Part shown: piece after piece, positions 36,008 through 45,461 of the stretch
Numbering within the stretch: the first letter of the stretch is position 1
How the letters are laid out: each line of letters starts with the position of its first letter
DNA from: a virus
Virus genome (UHGV): UHGV-1370579
Reading direction: 5' to 3' (one strand)
DNA: 64,000 nucleotides
Program-made: the position numbers and the translations under genes
The notes under the pieces: model-generated
Database searches by the model: none
Told to the model about the DNA's origin: nothing
The model's input: the letters and a program-made list of their open reading frames with translations, nothing else

Positions 36008-37224
36008 TGGGTTTAAAAAGCTGGATTACTGAAAAGTTAAATCCGGGTCAACGTATTATAAGAGACATGGAACCAGTTAGTCATCGCACTAACCGTAAGC
36101 CTTTTACCACTGGACAAGCCTACAGTAAAATTGAGATTCTCAATCGAACTGCCAATATGGTTATAGATAGTGCGGCGGAGTGTTCTTATACTGTCGGAGA
36201 TAAATATAATATTGTCACGTATGCCAATGGCGTTAAGACAAAGACTCTAGACACTCTCTTAAATGTACGACCTAATCCATTCATGGATATAAGCACATTC
36301 CGTAGACTTGTAGTCACTGACCTACTTTTTGAAGGTTGTGCGTACATCTACTGGGATGGCACATCGCTTTACCATGTCCCGGCTGCTCTTATGCAGGTCG
36401 AGGCAGATGCCAATAAGTTTATCAAAAAATTTATATTTAATAATCAGATAGACTATCGCGTAGATGAGATTATCTTTATAAAGGATAACAGTTACGTGTG
36501 TGGCACAAATTCTCAAATTTCTGGACAATCTCGTGTTGCTACTGTTATTGATTCTCTTGAGAAGCGTTCTAAGATGCTTAACTTTAAAGAGAAATTCCTC
36601 GATAACGGAACCGTGATTGGTCTTATTCTTGAAACGGATGAAATCCTGAACAAGAAATTGCGTGAGCGTAAACAAGAAGAATTACAACTCGATTATAATC
36701 CTAGTACGGGTCAGTCTTCTGTCCTGATTCTAGATGGTGGTATGAAAGCTAAACCGTACTCCCAAATATCCTCTTTTAAAGATCTAGACTTTAAGGAAGA
36801 CATCGAAGGATTTAATAAATCTATTTGTCTAGCCTTTGGAGTTCCGCAAGTACTGCTTGATGGTGGTAATAATGCGAATATTCGACCAAACATCGAATTG
36901 TTCTATTATATGACTATCATTCCTATGCTGAACAAACTGACTAGTTCTCTTACTTTCTTTTTTGGTTATAAGATTACCCCTAATACTAAGGAGGTAGCTG
37001 CATTAACACCAGATAAAGAAGCTGAGGCTAAACATTTAACCTCATTGGTTAATAATGGTATTATGACTGGTAACGAAGCTCGTTTAGAGCTGAACCTTGA
37101 ACCTTTAGATGACGAGCAGATGGATAGGATTCGTATTCCTGCTAACGTTGCTGGTTCTGCAACAGGTGTATCTGGTCAAGAAGGTGGTAGACCTCAAGGT
37201 TCCACCGAGGGAGATAAAGAATGA
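36007..37224 (+). CDS. portal protein (pb7-like)
   Basis: 405 aa versus T5 403 aa; position after TerL/HNH. Confidence 0.8.
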   Translation: MGLKSWITEKLNPGQRIIRDMEPVSHRTNRKPFTTGQAYSKIEILNRTANMVIDSAAECSYTVGDKYNIVTYANGVKTKTLDTLLNVRPNPFMDISTFRRLVVTDLLFEGCAYIYWDGTSLYHVPAALMQVEADANKFIKKFIFNNQIDYRVDEIIFIKDNSYVCGTNSQISGQSRVATVIDSLEKRSKMLNFKEKFLDNGTVIGLILETDEILNKKLRERKQEELQLDYNPSTGQSSVLILDGGMKAKPYSQISSFKDLDFKEDIEGFNKSICLAFGVPQVLLDGGNNANIRPNIELFYYMTIIPMLNKLTSSLTFFFGYKITPNTKEVAALTPDKEAEAKHLTSLVNNGIMTGNEARLELNLEPLDDEQMDRIRIPANVAGSATGVSGQEGGRPQGSTEGDKE

Positions 37225-37709
37225 TTGATTATAATGGTCTAAAGACCATTTTTGGTGAAAAACTGCCAGAATCTCATATCTTCTTTGCTACGGTTGCTGC
37301 GCATAAATATGTTCCTAGCTATGCTTTTCTGCGTAGAGAACTAGGGCTTTCATCTGCGCATACTAACCGTAAAGTATGGAAGAAATTTGTAGAGGCTTAC
37401 GGTAAAGCAGGTCCAGTAGATGTTGTTCCTGGAGCCCCTACGTTGAAGGTAACTCCTGGTGAAAATTCAGTAACTTATACAATTACTGATGGTACAAATA
37501 CCGGCTCACCAATCACTCAGTATAAAGTATACTATACTGATGGGGTTACTGCGAAAACCTATAATTCTGGGTCCTCTAAAACAGGTACTATTTCTACCTT
37601 AGAGGCAAAAGAGTATACTTTTCAGGCAGTAGCTGTTAATGGGGCGGGAGAATCTCCTAAGTCTACAGCAGTAAAAGCTACCCCAACTGCACCTGGTGTT
37701 GGAGGCTAA
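37221..37709 (+). CDS. capsid decoration protein pb10-like (N-terminal capsid-binding plus C-terminal Ig/FN3-like domain)
   Basis: 162 aa; beta-rich Ig-like C-terminus; T5 order is portal, pb10, protease. Confidence 0.6.
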   Translation: MIDYNGLKTIFGEKLPESHIFFATVAAHKYVPSYAFLRRELGLSSAHTNRKVWKKFVEAYGKAGPVDVVPGAPTLKVTPGENSVTYTITDGTNTGSPITQYKVYYTDGVTAKTYNSGSSKTGTISTLEAKEYTFQAVAVNGAGESPKSTAVKATPTAPGVGG

Positions 37710-37712
37710 TAA

Positions 37713-38345
37713 ATGACACAAGCTGCTATTGACTATAACAAGTTAAAATCAGCACCGGTTCATTTAGATGCTTATATTAAATCTATTGATAGCGAATCCA
37801 AAGAGGGTGTTGTAAAAATCCGTGGATTCGCTAATACAATTAGTAAAGATCGCGCTGGTGATATAATTCCTGCTTCTGCGTGGAAAACATATAATGCACT
37901 TACTAACTACATGAAAAACCCGATTATTCTTTTCGGACACGATCATCGTCGTCCAATCGGTAAGTGTATTGATCTTAACCCTACTGAAATGGGTCTCGAA
38001 ATCGAATGTGAGATCTATGAAAGTTCCGATCCGGCTATCTTTTCACTAATTAAAAACGGTGTACTGAAAACTTTTAGTATCGGATTCCGCTGCCTAGATG
38101 CAGAGTGGGATGAAGCTACTGATATATTTATTATTAAAGATTTAGAACTATACGAAGTCTCGGTAGTTTCTGTACCTTGTAATCAGGACTCAACATTCAA
38201 TCTCGCTAAGAGCATGAATGGTCATGATTATACTGAATGGCGTAAATCTTTTACTGCAATAAGTTCTAAAGCTGTCCCAGCTCAAGAACGTAATCTTTCT
38301 GAACTAGAAAAACTTGCGATAGCTTTAGGCTACGTTAAAGAATAA
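37713..38345 (+). CDS. prohead protease (pb11-like)
   Basis: 210 aa as recalled for T5; precedes the major capsid protein. Confidence 0.75.
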   Translation: MTQAAIDYNKLKSAPVHLDAYIKSIDSESKEGVVKIRGFANTISKDRAGDIIPASAWKTYNALTNYMKNPIILFGHDHRRPIGKCIDLNPTEMGLEIECEIYESSDPAIFSLIKNGVLKTFSIGFRCLDAEWDEATDIFIIKDLELYEVSVVSVPCNQDSTFNLAKSMNGHDYTEWRKSFTAISSKAVPAQERNLSELEKLAIALGYVKE

Positions 38346-38362
38346 CGGAGAATTATTTAAAA

Positions 38363-39739
38363 ATGACTATTGATATTAATAAGCTGAAAGAAGAACTTGG
38401 TCTGGGTGATCTGGCTAAATCTCTGGAAGGTCTGACCGCTGCTCAGAAAGCTCAGGAAGCTGAACGTATGCGTAAAGAGCAGGAAGAAAAAGAACTGGCT
38501 CGTATGAATGACCTGGTTTCTAAAGCTGTTGGTGAAGACCGTAAGCGTCTGGAAGAGGCTCTGGATCTAGTTAAGTCTCTGGATGAAAAATCTAAGAAGA
38601 GTGCAGAACTGTTTGCGCAAACTGTAGAAAAACAACAGGAAACTATTGTTGGTCTTCAGGACGAAATTAAATCTCTGCTAACAGCTCGTGAAGGTCGTTC
38701 CTTCGTTGGTGATAGTGTTGCTAAAGCACTGTATGGTACTCAGGAAAACTTTGAAGACGAAGTAGAAAAACTGGTTCTGTTGTCTTACGTAATGGAAAAA
38801 GGTGTATTCGAAACCGAACACGGTCAAAAACACCTGAAAGCAGTGAATCAGTCTTCTTCTGTAGAAGTTTCTAGTGAAAGCTATGAAACTATTTTCTCTC
38901 AGCGTATTATCCGTGACCTGCAGAAAGAGCTGGTAGTTGGCGCATTATTTGAAGAACTGCCGATGTCCAGTAAGATTCTTACTATGCTGGTTGAACCGGA
39001 TGCTGGTAAAGCTACTTGGGTAGATGCTAGCGCATATGGTACTGACAATACTACTGGTAATGAAGTTAAAGGTGCTCTGACTGAAATTCAGTTCAAAACC
39101 TATAAACTGGCTGCTAAGTCCTTCATTACTGATGAAACTGAAGAAGATGCAATCTTCTCCCTGTTACCACTGCTGCGTAAGCGTCTGATTGAAGCACACG
39201 CTGTTTCTATCGAAGAAGCGTTTATGACTGGTGACGGTACTGGTAAACCTAAGGGTCTGCTGAAACTGGCTGAAGGCGATAGTGCTAAAGTTATTACTGA
39301 AGCTAAAGCTGATGGTTCTGTTCTAGTAACTGCTAAAACTATCTCTAAACTGCGTCGTAAACTGGGCCGTCATGGTCTGAAACTGAGCAAACTGGTACTG
39401 ATCGTATCTATGGATGCTTATTACGATCTGCTGGAAGATGAAGAATGGCAGGATGTTGCCCAAGTTGGTAATGATGCTGTTAAACTGCAAGGTCAGGTTG
39501 GTCGTATTTACGGTCTGCCGGTTGTAGTTTCTGAGTTCTTCCCGGCTAAAGCTAACTCCGCAGAGTTCGCAGTTATTGTTTACAAAGATAACTTCGTAAT
39601 GCCACGTCAGCGTGCTGTTACTGTTGAACGTGAGCGCCAAGCTGGTAAACAGCGTGATGCGTACTACGTTACTCAGCGTGTTAACCTGCAACGTTACTTT
39701 AATAATGGCGTTGTATCTGGTGCTTACGCTTCCGTTTAA
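38363..39739 (+). CDS. major capsid protein (pb8-like, HK97 fold)
   Basis: 458 aa as recalled for T5 pb8; coiled-coil delta domain at the N-terminus; high-expression codon usage. Confidence 0.85.
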   Translation: MTIDINKLKEELGLGDLAKSLEGLTAAQKAQEAERMRKEQEEKELARMNDLVSKAVGEDRKRLEEALDLVKSLDEKSKKSAELFAQTVEKQQETIVGLQDEIKSLLTAREGRSFVGDSVAKALYGTQENFEDEVEKLVLLSYVMEKGVFETEHGQKHLKAVNQSSSVEVSSESYETIFSQRIIRDLQKELVVGALFEELPMSSKILTMLVEPDAGKATWVDASAYGTDNTTGNEVKGALTEIQFKTYKLAAKSFITDETEEDAIFSLLPLLRKRLIEAHAVSIEEAFMTGDGTGKPKGLLKLAEGDSAKVITEAKADGSVLVTAKTISKLRRKLGRHGLKLSKLVLIVSMDAYYDLLEDEEWQDVAQVGNDAVKLQGQVGRIYGLPVVVSEFFPAKANSAEFAVIVYKDNFVMPRQRAVTVERERQAGKQRDAYYVTQRVNLQRYFNNGVVSGAYASV

Positions 39740-39747
39740 TAATAAAA

Positions 39748-39800
39748 TACACCTCTTATAAGAGGTGTATACAATAGCTATTATATTTAGTAGCTATTGT
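39748..39800. terminator. two adjacent perfect palindromes (TACACCTCTTATAAGAGGTGTA; ACAATAGCTA..TAGCTATTGT) after the capsid gene
   Basis: seen directly. Confidence 0.5.
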
Positions 39801-39826
39801 ATACTAATATTAAGGGTATAACACTA

Positions 39827-40396
39827 ATGTCTAGAAAAGCAATTCCGTACGAGGTTAGAGAATCCCAGATTTTAGATATATGCACTAAAGAGAACTATAC
39901 TTACGAAGGACTAGTATCTACTTTTAAAAATGCAGAGTCTAAAATACAGCTTAAATGTAATATTGATGGAAATGTATGGACTCCTAGTATTCGTAATTTT
40001 ATTACTAATGGATCTAGATGCCCAAAATGCTTTCAAAATAGATGCTTACTAAATACTAATTGTAAGAATATAAATACTAAATCTACCCACACTTACTTTT
40101 ATTTACAAAAATTAAGTTGTACTTCACATTCAGCCTTAAAATACGGGATTACCACTAGAAGTGTAGAAAAGAGACTTTCAGAACAGTCTAGGAATTCAAA
40201 GTATACTCATAGTATAATTTTTGCTATAGAATTATATAGTAAAGAGTATGCTATAGATATAGAAAATATAGTAAAGGAAACAATTCCTTCATCCTTTCTT
40301 ACACCTGCTTTACTACCAGATGGGTATTCTGAAACTTGTTTAGAAAAATATTTACTAGATATAAAGGAAATAGTTTATAACTATATGTTTAGTTAG
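39827..40396 (+). CDS. GIY-YIG / T5orf172-like putative homing endonuclease with N-terminal zinc ribbon
   Basis: KCNIDGNVW...GSRCPKC zinc ribbon; YFYLQK...KYGITTRSVEKRLSE GIY-YIG-like motif; AT-rich insert in the head module. Confidence 0.6.
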   Translation: MSRKAIPYEVRESQILDICTKENYTYEGLVSTFKNAESKIQLKCNIDGNVWTPSIRNFITNGSRCPKCFQNRCLLNTNCKNINTKSTHTYFYLQKLSCTSHSALKYGITTRSVEKRLSEQSRNSKYTHSIIFAIELYSKEYAIDIENIVKETIPSSFLTPALLPDGYSETCLEKYLLDIKEIVYNYMFS

Positions 40397-40412
40397 GCTT
40401 TTCAGCCGATAA

Positions 40413-40437
40413 GGAGAGCTTCGGCTCTCCTTTTTTA
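40413..40437 (+). terminator. rho-independent terminator
   Basis: GGAGAGC-ttcg-GCTCTCC plus TTTTTT. Confidence 0.8.
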
Positions 40438-40453
40438 TTATTAGGAAAAATAA

Positions 40454-40966
40454 ATGCAAATAATCACAGCCGAAGACTATAGACTATACGGCGGGTTAAA
40501 ACGACCGGAACTAGAATCTGGAGTAGAGATGATGATTAAAGCTGCCAATACGCTGATTACAAGCCTTCTAGGTATGGATGATGCAGATGCGGTAGATCAA
40601 TTAATCACTACAAAACCTAGCCGTAGGAAATATTTCCTGAGTTCTCCCTCAGCCACATCTATTACAAAGATGACTATTAATGAGAATGAAATAGGCCCGG
40701 AACAGTTTAAATTGTACCCTGATGGTGTTATTCTTCTTAAATTTAATCCTCCTGAGGGATATATGGATGTAGAATATACCCAAGGTGGTTTCAATCCAAT
40801 GCCTGAAGATCTTAAGCTGGCAGCATGCCTGTTAGTAGATCACTGGCATAAGCAAGATTATCGTCAAGCCAAGACTATTGGTGGGGAGACAATTACGTTT
40901 AATAGTACTAAGTCTGGTATTCCAGAGCATATTCGTACAATCGTCGAAGTATATAGGAGAGTATAA
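40454..40966 (+). CDS. head completion / connector protein (p144-like)
   Basis: synteny with T5; 170 aa. Confidence 0.5.
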   Translation: MQIITAEDYRLYGGLKRPELESGVEMMIKAANTLITSLLGMDDADAVDQLITTKPSRRKYFLSSPSATSITKMTINENEIGPEQFKLYPDGVILLKFNPPEGYMDVEYTQGGFNPMPEDLKLAACLLVDHWHKQDYRQAKTIGGETITFNSTKSGIPEHIRTIVEVYRRV

Positions 40967-41733
40967 TGGCTCTTTCTGATCTAGCCACACAAATTATTAA
41001 AGAGCAGCTAGATACTGCAAGCCGATCTGAAAACAATAAGAATACTGTTGTATATACAGTTGAGACTGGTTTGAAAGATCCTACAAGAGACGGTACAGTT
41101 GCACAGGTATCTTTTAAGTTCTCTAAACCAGTATCTCAAGATTTACTTAATGTTAGGACTGCTTCTATCCTAAAAGCTGTATCTTCTAGCTTAGATCTAA
41201 CAGGAGACTTAGGTGCTTTAGAAAGCCTTATTCAATCAACCGCAGGCAAGAAATCTTCTGTAGGTAAAAAACGCTCTACTGGTAGAGTAGAGGTAAACTT
41301 TGGGGATCCTAGAGACGTAGAAGATGGATATTCTGGTGCAGTAACAGGTGCTTCTGGTCGTTTTGTATCAAATAGTAATATGAAGGTTATTCTGGAATTG
41401 GTTGCTAAAGAATACTTAATAAAGGATATGAAAAAAGCAGGAGCTCCACTTAAATTTAGAACAGGTCGTTTTGCAAATTCTCTAAAAGTTAAAGATGTTA
41501 TGCTTAGAGATGCTGGAACTAGCAAAGGTGCTCCTGAATTAAATGTTACATATAATTATATGGTACGCCCATATTCAGTATTTAATCCTGCAGTATCTAC
41601 ATATAGAAGATTGTCATTACGACCCTACCCAGGTGCTAGAAACCCTCAAAGACTAATTGGAGAGGCGATAGCTAAAGCCGCAAGAGACTTAATTCACTCC
41701 AGATACAAAATTAAGGTTAATCAAGGAACCTAA
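40966..41733 (+). CDS. neck/tail completion protein (p143-like)
   Basis: synteny. Confidence 0.45.
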   Translation: MALSDLATQIIKEQLDTASRSENNKNTVVYTVETGLKDPTRDGTVAQVSFKFSKPVSQDLLNVRTASILKAVSSSLDLTGDLGALESLIQSTAGKKSSVGKKRSTGRVEVNFGDPRDVEDGYSGAVTGASGRFVSNSNMKVILELVAKEYLIKDMKKAGAPLKFRTGRFANSLKVKDVMLRDAGTSKGAPELNVTYNYMVRPYSVFNPAVSTYRRLSLRPYPGARNPQRLIGEAIAKAARDLIHSRYKIKVNQGT

Positions 41734-41736
41734 TAA

Positions 41737-42225
41737 ATGGATCACAGAACAAGTATAGCACAAGCTCTGGTTGATCGAATAGCCAAACAAATGGATGGCT
41801 CCCAACCAGATGAATATTTTAATAACTTGTATGGAAACGTCTCACGTCAAACTTATAAGTTTGAAGAGATACGAGAGTTTCCTTATGTTGCAGTTCATAT
41901 CGGAACTGAAACTGGGCAGTATCTTCCCTCAGGTCAACAGTGGATGTTTTTAGAACTTCCTATCCTGGTGTATGATAAAGAGAAAGATGGTGACATTCAA
42001 ACTTCCCTAGAAAAACTCGTAGCGGATATAAAAACCGTTATTGACACAGGTGGAAATTTAGAATATACTGTTAGTAAACCTAATGGATCGACCTTCCCAT
42101 GTGAGGCGACTGATATGAGCATTACATCAGTTAGTACAGATGAGGGTCTACTGGCCCCATATGGTTTAGCAGAAATAAATGTAACAGTGAGGTATCAGCC
42201 TCCACGCAGGTCACTTCGCAGATAA
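41737..42225 (+). CDS. tail terminator protein (p142-like)
   Basis: 162 aa versus T5 TrP ~161 aa; precedes the tail tube gene. Confidence 0.55.
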   Translation: MDHRTSIAQALVDRIAKQMDGSQPDEYFNNLYGNVSRQTYKFEEIREFPYVAVHIGTETGQYLPSGQQWMFLELPILVYDKEKDGDIQTSLEKLVADIKTVIDTGGNLEYTVSKPNGSTFPCEATDMSITSVSTDEGLLAPYGLAEINVTVRYQPPRRSLRR

Positions 42226-42251
42226 GTTACAGATTAGGAGAAAATAATTAA

Positions 42252-43643
42252 ATGTCTTTACAACTATTACGTAATACTCGAATCTTCGTGTCTACGGTTA
42301 AGACTGGTCACAATAAGACCAACACGCAAGAGATTCTAGTTCAGGATGATATTTCTTGGGGTCAGGACAGTAACTCAACAGATATTACTGTTAACGAAGC
42401 TGGTCCGCGTCCTACTCGTGGTTCTAAACGTTTTAATGATTCCTTGAATGCAGCTGAGTGGAGCTTCTCCACATATATCCTGCCATACAAGGATAAAACC
42501 TCTAATAAACAGATTGTTCCCGATTATATGTTGTGGCACGCTCTTTCTAGTGGTAAAGCATTAAATCTTGATGGAGACACAGGTGCGCATAATAATGAAG
42601 CTAACTTCATGGTTAACTTTAAAGATAACTCTTATCATGAGTTGGCTATGCTGCACATCTACATTCTTACTGACAAAGCATGGAGCTATATTGACTCTTG
42701 CCAGATCAACCAGGCAGAAGTTAACGTTGATATTGAGGATATTGGTCGTGTAACTTGGTCTGGTAATGGTAATCAGCTCATCCCGTTAGATAGCCAACCA
42801 TTTGATCCAGATGCACTAGGTATTGATGATGAAACCTATATGACTATTCAGGGTTCTTATATTAAGAACAAACTGACTATCTTGAAAATTAAGGATATGG
42901 ATTCTGGTAAAGCATATGATATTCCTATTACTGGTGGTACTTTCACTATTAATAACAACATCACGTACCTAACCCCGAATATTATGTCACGTGTAAATAT
43001 TCCAATCGGCTCATTTACAGGTGCATTTGAATTAACTGGTTCTCTAACAGCATACCTTAACGATAAAGCTCTTGGTTCTATGGAACTGTATAAAGATCTT
43101 GTCAAAACCCTTAAGGTAGTTAACCGCTTCGAAATTGCTCTAGTACTTGGTGGTGAATACGATGAAGAACGTCCTGTGGCTATTCTGGTAGCTAAACAAG
43201 CACACGTTAATATTCCTACTATTGAAACTGATGATGTACTTGGTACTTCAGTAGAGTTTAAAGCTATTCCATCTGATCTGGATGCGGGTGATGAAGGCTA
43301 CTTAGGCTTCTCTAGTAAATATACCAAAACAACTATTAATAACTTGATTGTTAATGGTGATGGTGCTACTAATGCTGTAACCGCAATTACTGTTAAATCT
43401 GCTGGTAATGCTACTTCTGTTCGGACTGGACAAACTCTTCAGCTGAGTGTTGAAGTTACCCCTTCTTCTGCAAAGAATAAGGATGTTACTTGGGCTATCA
43501 CCAGCGGTGATGCAGCTACTATCAATGCAGCAGGACTATTAACAGCCCATGCTAGTAAAACAGGTGCGGTAACTGTTGAAGCTACAGCTAAGGATGGTTC
43601 TGGAGTTAAAGGCACTAAAGTTATTACTGTAACAGGTGGTTAA
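42252..43643 (+). CDS. major tail tube protein pb6 with C-terminal Ig-like (Big_2) domain
   Basis: 463 aa versus T5 464 aa; C-terminal VTAITVKSAGNATSVRTGQTLQLSVEVTPSSAKNKDVTWAITSGD is Big_2-like. Confidence 0.85.
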   Translation: MSLQLLRNTRIFVSTVKTGHNKTNTQEILVQDDISWGQDSNSTDITVNEAGPRPTRGSKRFNDSLNAAEWSFSTYILPYKDKTSNKQIVPDYMLWHALSSGKALNLDGDTGAHNNEANFMVNFKDNSYHELAMLHIYILTDKAWSYIDSCQINQAEVNVDIEDIGRVTWSGNGNQLIPLDSQPFDPDALGIDDETYMTIQGSYIKNKLTILKIKDMDSGKAYDIPITGGTFTINNNITYLTPNIMSRVNIPIGSFTGAFELTGSLTAYLNDKALGSMELYKDLVKTLKVVNRFEIALVLGGEYDEERPVAILVAKQAHVNIPTIETDDVLGTSVEFKAIPSDLDAGDEGYLGFSSKYTKTTINNLIVNGDGATNAVTAITVKSAGNATSVRTGQTLQLSVEVTPSSAKNKDVTWAITSGDAATINAAGLLTAHASKTGAVTVEATAKDGSGVKGTKVITVTGG

Positions 43644-43647
43644 ATAA

Positions 43648-44550
43648 ATGTACTACTCTCTAATGCGAGAGTCAAAAGTTATAGTTGAGTATGATGGTAG
43701 GGCATTTCATTTTGATGCCCTATCAAACTATGATATACAGACTTCCTACGAGGAATTCAAGACTCTTCGTAGGACTGTTCATCGTAGAACTAACTATGCA
43801 GACTCTATTATAAATGCTCAAACCCCCTCTTCTATCTCTCTAGCCGTAAATTTCAGTAATACTCTTACAGAGGCTAACTTCTTTGAATGGTTAGGTTTTG
43901 ATAGAAAAGGTAATACTTTCTTACTCCCACTATATAGTAATAATATTGAACCTACTATGTTCAATATCTATATAGTAAATAAAGATAATAACTGTGTATA
44001 TTTTGAAAACTGCTATGTATCTACAGTAGATTTTTCTTTAGATAAGAATATACCAATTCTTAATATTGGTATTGAATCAGGGAAATTTTCCGAGGTATCT
44101 ACCTATAGAGAAGCAGCTTCTATTATACAGGGTGAAGTAATGTCTTATAGCCCAGTAATAGTTTCTACTAACGGTAGCATTTTACCTGGTCTTATTTCCG
44201 CTTCTTTATCTTTTCAACAGCAATGCTCTTGGAGAGAAGATAAGAATGTTTTTGATATAAATAAAATTTATAATAATAAAAGAGCTTATGTAAATGAAAT
44301 GAATGCTTCGGCAACCATTTCCCTGTATTACTTAAAACGTTTTGCAGGAGATATGGTTTACAATATCGAGCCTGAGACAGATGTACCTTTAAATATAAGA
44401 AATAATAATATTTCTATAGATTTTCCTTTAGCACGTATTACAAAACGCCTAGATTTCTCAGATGTGTATAGAGTTGAGTGGGATATTATACCTACTGCTT
44501 CTTCAGACCCAGTGAGAATAGATTTCTTTGGAGAAATTAAAAATGATTAA
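43648..44550 (+). CDS. tail tube-like ring protein p140
   Basis: 300 aa; follows pb6 as in T5. Confidence 0.6.
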   Translation: MYYSLMRESKVIVEYDGRAFHFDALSNYDIQTSYEEFKTLRRTVHRRTNYADSIINAQTPSSISLAVNFSNTLTEANFFEWLGFDRKGNTFLLPLYSNNIEPTMFNIYIVNKDNNCVYFENCYVSTVDFSLDKNIPILNIGIESGKFSEVSTYREAASIIQGEVMSYSPVIVSTNGSILPGLISASLSFQQQCSWREDKNVFDINKIYNNKRAYVNEMNASATISLYYLKRFAGDMVYNIEPETDVPLNIRNNNISIDFPLARITKRLDFSDVYRVEWDIIPTASSDPVRIDFFGEIKND

Positions 44551-44947
44551 CTTAAAAGATATTACTCTTGATACCCGTACTATTACTCTTTCATACCCAG
44601 GTATGCCAAACTTTAAGCTAGAGCTTAACTATATGTCTCGTGCTACTTCTAAGCGTGTTATCTCTTCTGCCAAACGCGATGAATGGGTCAATGGTACTCT
44701 AATTCAAGTACAGGATGACGATAAGTTTATCGAAGCTTTCGTTGATGCTGCAATTAAAGGTTGGACTGGTTTGACTGTAGGTGACGTTGAAAAACTGATG
44801 CTGATTGAAACAGATGCTGATCCTGCTACTGAAGTTCCATTTAGTCGTGACAATGCTGTAATGCTTATGCAGAACTCTGCTGCGTTTGATTCTTGGATCA
44901 ACCAGACAGTGTTCCATTTAGATACTTTTCGTAGCTCAAAAGCGTAA
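44528..44947 (+). CDS. tail assembly chaperone
   Basis: position upstream of the tape measure gene. Confidence 0.5.
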   Translation: MEKLKMINLKDITLDTRTITLSYPGMPNFKLELNYMSRATSKRVISSAKRDEWVNGTLIQVQDDDKFIEAFVDAAIKGWTGLTVGDVEKLMLIETDADPATEVPFSRDNAVMLMQNSAAFDSWINQTVFHLDTFRSSKA

Positions 44948-45008
44948 AGAACTACTAGATGCTGTTGCCGACTTTGCTGATAAATGTATTAAAAGCTCAG
45001 CATCTAAA

Positions 45009-45377
45009 ATGACTAAACAACAATATCTAATACTTTGCGAGTCAATGGGCATAGAACCTGATCCTAAGGCTATGCCTGTTGAACTTGAAGATTTTCCACC
45101 TATTGTAGCTATTAGTATGAATATTTATAATAGTCTAATTGACTGTTTCATACCGGGTGACTTTCCTATATTTATAGGCAAAGACAAGGCTGCCCTAGGT
45201 GTTTTATTTGATATTTATGGGATTACTGATCCTATAGAAAAAGAATTTGTTCTACACATCATCAATATATTTGATGCTAAAGCTGTAGATGCTGCACGTA
45301 AACGTGCTGAGAAGCATAAGCCGCAAAACGGAAGGATTCCTAACGTTAAGCCACATGCTAAATCTCGTGCACGATAA
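45009..45377 (+). CDS. tail assembly chaperone
   Basis: position upstream of the tape measure gene. Confidence 0.5.
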   Translation: MTKQQYLILCESMGIEPDPKAMPVELEDFPPIVAISMNIYNSLIDCFIPGDFPIFIGKDKAALGVLFDIYGITDPIEKEFVLHIINIFDAKAVDAARKRAEKHKPQNGRIPNVKPHAKSRAR

Positions 45378-45412
45378 AAGTTTCCTCCAATGGGGCGTTC
45401 CACGATGAGGCT

Positions 45413-45445
45413 TGGCTCTGGGTGATATGCCCAGAGCCTTTTTTA
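45413..45445 (+). terminator. rho-independent terminator
   Basis: GGCTCTGGG...CCCAGAGCC plus TTTTTT. Confidence 0.75.
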
Positions 45446-45461
45446 TTGGGAAAAATAAAAC

